From positions 65,008-129,007 of the forward strand of contig JAGOQE010000001.1 in assembly GCA_017991635.1 (NCBI GenBank): a DNA stretch of 64,000 bases, in the 5' to 3' direction. The position numbers were made by a program, and so were the translations under genes. The notes under the pieces are model-generated. The model had not been told where the DNA came from, searched no databases, and saw only the letters and a list, made by a program, of their open reading frames with translations. Shown here one piece after another: positions 58,272 to 64,000 of the stretch (its first letter is position 1; each line of letters begins with the position of its first letter). This DNA comes from Minisyncoccota bacterium (GTDB lineage: Bacteria; Patescibacteriota; Minisyncoccia; Phycocordibacterales; Phycocordibacteraceae).

Positions 58272-59036
58272 CTAAAGCGTTATGGAAATGGGGCAGTGGT
58301 CGGAGCCAAAAATGTCGCTGTGGATATCTACCTTCTTAACTTTCTTTGCAAGATCCTGAGACACAAAAACGTAGTCAATACGCCATCCCACGTTACGGTC
58401 ACGCGCCTTAGTGAACAAATCCCAGTAAGTATAGGCGTCTTTTCTTAGAGGGTAGGCGTTACGCCACGTATCCACGTAGCCTTGGGCCACCACTTCATCG
58501 AGCCAAGCACGCTCCTCAGGCAGGAATCCTGTTGTTTTCTCATTCTCTTTTGGTCGTGCCAAATCTATTTCTTCATGTGCCGTGTTTACATCACCCATGA
58601 AGATTACGGGCTTTGTTTTCCTTAGCTTTTCACAATACTCAAGAAAGGCATCATAGAAACGCATCTTGTAATCAAGCCGGTGCGGACCTTGGCCACCGTT
58701 AGGGAAGTACACGTTCAAAAGCCAAAAATCCTCATATTCTGCGCCAATTATGCGCCCTTCATCGTCAAATTCGGGTATACCAATACCGTATATAACCTTT
58801 AGCGGTTCAATCTTTGAGTAGAGAGCGACACCGCTGTATCCTTTCTTTATTTTGCAGGGATTAAAAAAGGCACTGTATCCCGGAACATTCACCACATCTT
58901 CGGGAAGCTGGTCGGGCTCTGCCTTAATTTCCTGAAGCCCAAATATGTCAGGCTTTACGCCAAGGAGAAACTCTTTCCAGTAGCCGTTCTTTGCAGTGGC
59001 GCGCAAACCATTGGTGTTCCACGACACGATTTTCAT
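58272..59036 (-). CDS. xth: exodeoxyribonuclease III
   Basis: MKIVSWNTNGLRA...QEIK...MGDVNTAHEEIDL...SDHCPI. Confidence 0.9.
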   Translation of the reverse strand: MKIVSWNTNGLRATAKNGYWKEFLLGVKPDIFGLQEIKAEPDQLPEDVVNVPGYSAFFNPCKIKKGYSGVALYSKIEPLKVIYGIGIPEFDDEGRIIGAEYEDFWLLNVYFPNGGQGPHRLDYKMRFYDAFLEYCEKLRKTKPVIFMGDVNTAHEEIDLARPKENEKTTGFLPEERAWLDEVVAQGYVDTWRNAYPLRKDAYTYWDLFTKARDRNVGWRIDYVFVSQDLAKKVKKVDIHSDIFGSDHCPISITL

Positions 59037-59092
59037 ATCTTTATTCTACGTGGAACTTTTGTTTTTTACTAAAGGAGACTACTGTATGAACA

Positions 59093-59536
59093 ATGAATGC
59101 CTCACTCAAAAAGGGAAGTGACTTCACTGGTGTTACCGTTGTGTTCATGTGTCACGACGGAGAAGGGAACTATCTGCTCGCAAAACGAGGAAATGCGTGC
59201 AGGGATGAACACGGCACATGGGACCCAGGCGGGGGAGGACTTGAATTTGGTGACACGGTAGAGGAAACGCTTCGAAAGGAAATTCGCGAAGAATACTGTA
59301 CTGACGTACGTTCGTTTGAGTTTATGGGCTTTCGTGATGTACATCGCACGCACGAAGGGAAGTCTACGCACTGGATTGCACTTGATTTCAAAGTCCTTAT
59401 TGATAGGGAACAGGTGCAAAATGGTGAACCTCACAAACTTGATGAGATTGGGTGGTTTGTACTCAGTAGTTTTCCACAACCACTTCACTCGCAGTTTCCC
59501 TACTTCCTAGAGAAATACAAAAATCATCTTATATAG
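59093..59536 (+). CDS. NUDIX hydrolase
   Basis: Nudix box GGGLEFGDTVEETLRKEIREEYC. Confidence 0.8.
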   Translation: MNASLKKGSDFTGVTVVFMCHDGEGNYLLAKRGNACRDEHGTWDPGGGGLEFGDTVEETLRKEIREEYCTDVRSFEFMGFRDVHRTHEGKSTHWIALDFKVLIDREQVQNGEPHKLDEIGWFVLSSFPQPLHSQFPYFLEKYKNHLI

Positions 59537-59555
59537 AGAGGTATACTATTTTCAT

Positions 59556-60110
59556 ATGTACCGAAGAGGCTTTACCTTGGTAGAACTTCTGATTGTAATC
59601 GCAATAATTGGCATACTCTCTTCCGTAGTGATGAGTTCGCTTAACTCTGCGCGCGCCAAAGCGCGCGACGCAAGCAGAGTTGCCTCTATTCAAGAAATGC
59701 AAAAGGCACTTGAAAACTACTACCTTGATAACGGCAGGTATCCTGGCGCAACTCTCGGAAGCTATGCAAAAACAATAGACACCCCAAACGGAGGGGAGTG
59801 TGGGTACCAGAATAACTGGTGTAACTTAGAGACAGCCCTCGCACCATACATTCGCTCCATTCCAAGAGATAACCTCGGAGGACCTGCAATGGAGGGTCGC
59901 TTTTTATACAAATCGAACAGCCCGTATTCAATGTATGCTCTTAGCGTGACTTTGGAGCAACAAAGTAATGCCAGTATTAATGACGGGGGATATTTTCCGA
60001 CTTTATACGAAGTTGGTTCACTCCCTCGATACTGCACTCAGACCTATACAGGCACAGGAGCTAACTGGAACACATGGAACGGTGCTTTGAACTGTGTCGG
60101 AGGAAACTAA
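59556..60110 (+). CDS. type IV pilin (prepilin-type N-terminal cleavage/methylation domain)
   Basis: MYRRGFTLVELLIVIAIIGILSSVV class-III signal; Cys-containing C-terminus. Confidence 0.75.
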   Translation: MYRRGFTLVELLIVIAIIGILSSVVMSSLNSARAKARDASRVASIQEMQKALENYYLDNGRYPGATLGSYAKTIDTPNGGECGYQNNWCNLETALAPYIRSIPRDNLGGPAMEGRFLYKSNSPYSMYALSVTLEQQSNASINDGGYFPTLYEVGSLPRYCTQTYTGTGANWNTWNGALNCVGGN

Positions 60111-61003
60111 GTTCGCTTTGAGTGAAATTTTTTGTGCACCTCACGTAAATGTGAGTCAGTAACATGCGTATAAATCTGAGTTGTATTAATAGAAGCGTGC
60201 CCTAAAAGAGCTTGCACAGAGCGAATATCTGCGCCATTTGAAAGTAGGTCAGTCGCAAATGAGTGCCGAAGTACGTGCGGTGTGACTTTTTTGGTTATGC
60301 CAGCTTTTGCTGAGTAGATTTTAATCATGCGCTCCACTGAGCGGGGAGTGATGCGCTCGTTCTTCTTTTTCCCTTGCGCATGATTCACGAACAGTGCCTC
60401 GTGCATATCCTTGCGCGCCTTGAGATACGCTCGCACAGCATCCTTTGCGGCGTCTGAAATAAACACCACACGTACTTTGTCACCCTTACCGCGCACAGAA
60501 AGCTCGTCTCGGGAGAGGTCTATATCACTATCAAGTCCACACAATTCTGAAACACGCAGACCTGTGGAGAATAATAATTCCAGAATGGCTCTGTCTCGCA
60601 ACGCCTTTTCGCTTGCACCATCTGCAGCCTTCATGAGCCTGTCGAGTTCTGCATCATTAATAAGATCAAGAGAGCGCTCAGGCACTTTTGCAAGTTCAAT
60701 CTTTTCAGGAGAGAGTCCCGGAATGTCGCGCTTCCTTAGGAACTTAAGAAAGGCACGCATTGCAATCAAGTAATAGTTTTGTGTGCGACGTTTGAGCGTA
60801 TCTTTTCCTGTTCCTGGCTGACGGTTAAGCCATAGACGAAATTCGCGAATTTTCTCTTCGGTAATTTGATTTGTGTCAGCTATCGCGGCCCATTGAAAAA
60901 AACGTGTGAGGTACCGGTCGTAGTTCTCAATAGTTTTAACCGCACGGCCTCGTTCAATTTCAGTATGCTCGAGAAATTGACGCTTAGCATCTTCAACCTT
61001 CAT
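60107..61003 (-). CDS. tyrosine site-specific recombinase (XerC/XerD family)
   Basis: HVLRHSFATDLLSNGADIRSVQALLGHASINTTQIYTHV; Arg-His-Arg-Tyr catalytic region; ORF start is GTG at 61030, ATG at 61003 chosen. Confidence 0.8.
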   Translation of the reverse strand: MKVEDAKRQFLEHTEIERGRAVKTIENYDRYLTRFFQWAAIADTNQITEEKIREFRLWLNRQPGTGKDTLKRRTQNYYLIAMRAFLKFLRKRDIPGLSPEKIELAKVPERSLDLINDAELDRLMKAADGASEKALRDRAILELLFSTGLRVSELCGLDSDIDLSRDELSVRGKGDKVRVVFISDAAKDAVRAYLKARKDMHEALFVNHAQGKKKNERITPRSVERMIKIYSAKAGITKKVTPHVLRHSFATDLLSNGADIRSVQALLGHASINTTQIYTHVTDSHLREVHKKFHSKRT

Positions 61004-61082
61004 ACAAATAGTGTAGCACTGGCGTCGCACAATATATGAAGACGATATTTACTTGAGTAGGGAACTGTTACAATGCGGATAT

Positions 61083-61844
61083 ATGGAAATACTTTTTGTA
61101 CTCATGCCGTTTCTTCTTCCGTTTTGCGTTGTCTTCTTGATCTCAATTATTAAACAGATTAACCAATACGAGAGGGGAGTGCGTTTCACGACGGGTCGTT
61201 TCTCAGGAATTATGGAGCCTGGATGGAGAATTATCATTCCTGTGTTCCAGTCATATCAAAAAGTTGACGTGCGTACTAAGGCCGTTGATGTGCCTGATCA
61301 AAACGCCATTACTAAAGACAATGTGCCTGTTCGCGTGAATGCTGTTATCTACTACCACGTGTCAGATGCCGAAAAAGCCATTATTGGCGTTGAAGACTTC
61401 CGCCATGCCATTTCACAATATGCACAAACCACGATGAGAAACATTGTGGGTGAGGTGACTCTCGACGAGCTCCTTTCAAGCCGAGACCGTATTGCCGACA
61501 GAATTCGTGAAATTGTTGACCAGGAGACGGACGCCTGGGGCCTAAAAGTTCAAAATGTGGAGCTTAAAGACGTGAGCTTGCCTGAAAACATGGAGCGAAC
61601 CATCGCCAAGCAGGCTGAGGCTGAGCGTGAGAAGCGTGCCGTCATCATTACCTCAGAAGGAGAGCTCGCCGCCTCACAAAACATGGCCCAGGCGGCTCAA
61701 ATGCTTGCTGCAGTGCCTGGAGCGCTCCATCTTCGCACCCTCCAAGCCATCAATGACGTGTCCTCAGACCAGTCAAATACCATTATATTTACTGTTCCGA
61801 TGGAGCTTTTGAAGGCATTTGAGGGCTTTTCTCCTAAGCCGTAG
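61083..61844 (+). CDS. SPFH/band-7 (stomatin/HflK-like) membrane protein
   Basis: N-terminal TM; SPFH core NVPVRVNAVIYYHVSDAEKAII...KVQNVELKDVSLPENMERTIAKQAEAERE. Confidence 0.75.
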   Translation: MEILFVLMPFLLPFCVVFLISIIKQINQYERGVRFTTGRFSGIMEPGWRIIIPVFQSYQKVDVRTKAVDVPDQNAITKDNVPVRVNAVIYYHVSDAEKAIIGVEDFRHAISQYAQTTMRNIVGEVTLDELLSSRDRIADRIREIVDQETDAWGLKVQNVELKDVSLPENMERTIAKQAEAEREKRAVIITSEGELAASQNMAQAAQMLAAVPGALHLRTLQAINDVSSDQSNTIIFTVPMELLKAFEGFSPKP

Positions 61845-61905
61845 GGGAGTAGAGCAGACTACACCACCCTTGCAAAAATAATCAAGGTGTGGTAGGATGC
61901 ATCTA

Positions 61906-62172
61906 ATGCTTACAAAACGAGTAAAAACGGCCGTCATCAAAGAGGTGGCCCGCCACGACACTGACACCGGTTCTGCCGATGTGCAGGTTGCGGTCCTATC
62001 CCGAAAAATTGACGAGCTTACTCGCCACCTTAAGAAGAATCCTAAGGATTTCCACTCACGACGTGGTCTCCTTCAAATGGTTGCTGACCGTCGCGCGCAC
62101 CTTCGCTACCTAGAGCGAAACGACAAGCGTCGCTACAGCGCAGTCCTCAAGAAGGTTGGACTCAAGAAGTAA
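61906..62172 (+). CDS. rpsO: 30S ribosomal protein S15
   Basis: DTGSADVQVAVLSRKIDELTRHLKKNPKDFHSRRGLLQMV; start aligned to the S15 N-terminus (alternative ATG at 61897). Confidence 0.85.
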   Translation: MLTKRVKTAVIKEVARHDTDTGSADVQVAVLSRKIDELTRHLKKNPKDFHSRRGLLQMVADRRAHLRYLERNDKRRYSAVLKKVGLKK

Positions 62173-62282
62173 GGTAAAGCAGTCACTCGACTGCTTTTTC
62201 CTTTTGGGTGCTTTCTAGGTGCTACTATTAAGCAGTTCGTCCTTGTGACGAAATTTTACATACGTTTCTAATTGAATACTTT

Positions 62283-62798
62283 ATGGCTGTGATTAAACAT
62301 CCGGCGCAACGAGTGGGAGTCTTTATAGACACACAAAACCTCTACCACAGCGCCAAACACCTTTATAAGACGCGCGTTAACTTCGCCAAGGTCCTCGAAG
62401 AGGCCGTGGGAGGACGTATCCTCGTTCGCGCTATCGCATACGTTATCTCAACCGATAGCGGAGACGAGAGCAACTTCTTTGAAGCACTTACAAAGATTGG
62501 AATTGAGACTAAGGTTAAAGGTCTCCAAATCTTCTCAGACGGTGCCAAAAAAGCTGACTGGGATGTCGGTATTGCTATTGATGCTGTGAAGCTCGCACCA
62601 AAACTTGATACCGTCATCCTCGCGACAGGGGACGGGGACTTTGTGCCACTCATTGAATACTTAGATATGAATGAGGGTTGCCAGGTGGAAGTGATTTCAT
62701 TTGGAAAATCTTCTTCACAAAAACTGAAAGAAGCTGCTCATGCCTTCACTGACATGTGTGATGATCCTAAGAAGTTTTTGATTAGCGGAAGAGGGTAG
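62283..62798 (+). CDS. NYN-domain (LabA-like) protein
   Basis: VGVFIDTQNLY...ILATGDGDFVPL. Confidence 0.7.
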   Translation: MAVIKHPAQRVGVFIDTQNLYHSAKHLYKTRVNFAKVLEEAVGGRILVRAIAYVISTDSGDESNFFEALTKIGIETKVKGLQIFSDGAKKADWDVGIAIDAVKLAPKLDTVILATGDGDFVPLIEYLDMNEGCQVEVISFGKSSSQKLKEAAHAFTDMCDDPKKFLISGRG

Positions 62799-62870
62799 TG
62801 CGTTTTACACGAAGCGCGCGCACGAAGGTGCGCGCGCTTCTTCGTATATGCGGTTATAATTATATGACCT

Positions 62871-64000
62871 ATGGCACCGCTCCCTACAGACGCAACTGAG
62901 GAACTTGCAGACTCATCACGCTACATCCGCACCTTTGCGTCTGATATGGCGAAAGTCTCAGGAAAGGCGAGTACACCAGCACCAATTCCTACACCCCCCA
63001 CACCAAAAGCGACACAACCGAAAACTGAAACAAATGACGGCGTAACCACTGCCGAAGTTGATGAGTCACTTATCACGCAAGACAGTTTTAACAAGAGCGA
63101 GCAACCACTTAATCTAGATACACCAAGTGAAGGCGATTCTGTTTCCGTATTTGAACAACAGGTTCCTGTTTCGCCACCACAACCACAACAAGTCTCTCTT
63201 GCTCCAAACCTATCAAGTGATCGGGAAGCGGTTCTTGCACGACTTAAAGCGCGTGCCAGTGGTGTGCCATCTCAACTAGTCGTAACACCTTCTCTACCAC
63301 AAGAGGTTCCACCTCCTCCTACGGAAAGTCTTATACCTACAGCGCCCGCAAACATTCCACTACCAGAACCAAGAAAAACTTTTGCTGACACATTTACAGC
63401 TCCGCGTATTAATTACCGCGAACCTCTTCCTGAAATACCCGCAACTCCTCCCACTCCTGCTCCCCAAATGGCTCCGCCAACGCTACCACAAGTCCCGGCA
63501 AATGAAGTTCCTGAGAGATTCCACAGCTACACCACTGATTTTGCAGGACAGTTTGATACCAAAAAAGCTTCCACCTTTTCAGTTCTTGCTGCAGAAGCTG
63601 ATAGCGGAAGGAAACCTGTTACGCGCATCGCATCACGCCGTAGCTCTCAGAGTCAACTTTCTGTCATTGTAGTCTCTGTCCTTCTTGTTGTTCTCGGTGC
63701 TGGAGGTGTGTTTGGTGCATGGATGTACTTCACCAACAGCACTCCTGACATTACGCCAGTGGTAAGCGTTACATCACTCATAAGCTACGACGAGAAAAAA
63801 GAACTCACTGGGCGCACTGGTCAGGAGCTCATGACTGAACTTGCTGACCTGTCTTCTGAACCTCTTGTTTCAGGAAATGTACTGGTCGCTTATATAAGTA
63901 CTGCAAGCACGACGACGAAAGGTCTGCCATTTAGCACTCCAGCACCTGGCGGAGACCTCATCAAAGCGCTACCACTACTTGCGCCTGATATTCTCATGCG
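62871..64000 (+). CDS. Pro-rich membrane-anchored protein, 5' partial (runs off window end)
   Basis: Open frame from ATG 62871 to the window end, translated by hand; TTATAAT -10-like box at 62853; Pro-rich N-region, TM (LSVIVVSVLLVVLGAGGVFGAWMYF), then extracytoplasmic region. Confidence 0.5.
   Translation, partial: MAPLPTDATEELADSSRYIRTFASDMAKVSGKASTPAPIPTPPTPKATQPKTETNDGVTTAEVDESLITQDSFNKSEQPLNLDTPSEGDSVSVFEQQVPVSPPQPQQVSLAPNLSSDREAVLARLKARASGVPSQLVVTPSLPQEVPPPPTESLIPTAPANIPLPEPRKTFADTFTAPRINYREPLPEIPATPPTPAPQMAPPTLPQVPANEVPERFHSYTTDFAGQFDTKKASTFSVLAAEADSGRKPVTRIASRRSSQSQLSVIVVSVLLVVLGAGGVFGAWMYFTNSTPDITPVVSVTSLISYDEKKELTGRTGQELMTELADLSSEPLVSGNVLVAYISTASTTTKGLPFSTPAPGGDLIKALPLLAPDILM

Noticed and set aside
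1-64000. CRISPR arrays, rRNA genes, intact IS/transposase genes
   Set aside because: No regularly spaced direct repeats, no rRNA-like conserved stretches and no transposase-like ORFs were found. The only recombinase is the XerD-like gene at 60107-61003.

Overview
This is a 64-kb bacterial chromosomal window of about 48% GC overall, judged by eye, with several visibly GC-richer patches. Weak Shine-Dalgarno usage, RNase Y, type IV pili, ComEC and many small hypothetical proteins fit a small-genome, possibly CPR/Patescibacteria-like bacterium (inference). The window is dominated by translation and housekeeping genes, interspersed with accessory DNA.

- **Ribosomal superoperon (1-12.7 kb, minus strand).** A syntenic str/S10 operon runs rpsL-rpsG-fusA-tuf-rpsJ-rplC-rplD-rplW-rplB-rpsS. 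Unusually, it is cut at four junctions by inserted non-ribosomal genes: an NlpC/P60 peptidase, a DKNYY-repeat membrane protein, toxin-like small ORFs, and two opposite-strand genes. Each insert is bracketed by long perfect hairpins.
- **Giant divergent gene pair (12.8-19.9 kb).** A 1350-aa protein has N-terminal tandem repeats that are identical at the DNA level, plus an embedded two-dinucleotide-binding flavoprotein core with GxGxxG, GxGxxA and ATG motifs. Upstream and divergent is a 1025-aa secreted beta-helix/GxSxG lipase-like protein.
- **Accessory block (19.9-36 kb).** Two tandem paralogous 69-aa proteins, a flotillin gene on visibly GC-rich DNA, an M50 protease, rpmB, ComEC encoded as two separate genes 1.9 kb apart, a divergent Fe/Mn-SOD-like protein, rnhA-recJ, HIT, pgk and tpiA.
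- **Type IV pilus/competence cluster (36.1-42.9 kb).** pilB, pilC and three pilin-like genes.
- **Housekeeping run and GC-rich islet (43.8-52.5 kb).** nusA, ppa, clpP, rny and hup, followed by a GC-rich islet at 48.9-52.5 kb. A 2.7-kb segment of the islet (49.8-52.5 kb) is bounded by perfect 43-bp direct repeats and contains an ArfA-like small ORF, a frameshifted gene and a TrmB-like regulator.
- **tRNA cluster with acceptor-stem mimics (53.3-56.2 kb).** Four minus-strand tRNAs, Gly-UCC, Pro-UGG, Gly-GCC and Arg-UCG, none with an encoded CCA. Three are each followed by a structured 140-220-nt element whose termini mimic the acceptor stem of that particular tRNA. This is the most unusual feature in the window. 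The cca gene lies immediately adjacent.
- **Remaining genes and 12-bp palindrome cluster (56.3-64 kb).** Seven copies of the 12-bp palindrome TTTCACGTGAAA or near variants lie within 1.2 kb, two of them inside the cca coding sequence; xth, a NUDIX hydrolase, another pilin, a XerD-like recombinase, an SPFH protein, rpsO, a NYN-domain protein and a partial Pro-rich membrane protein follow.

No CRISPR array, rRNA gene or intact IS element was seen. All protein calls come from motif recognition in the supplied translations; no database search was possible.
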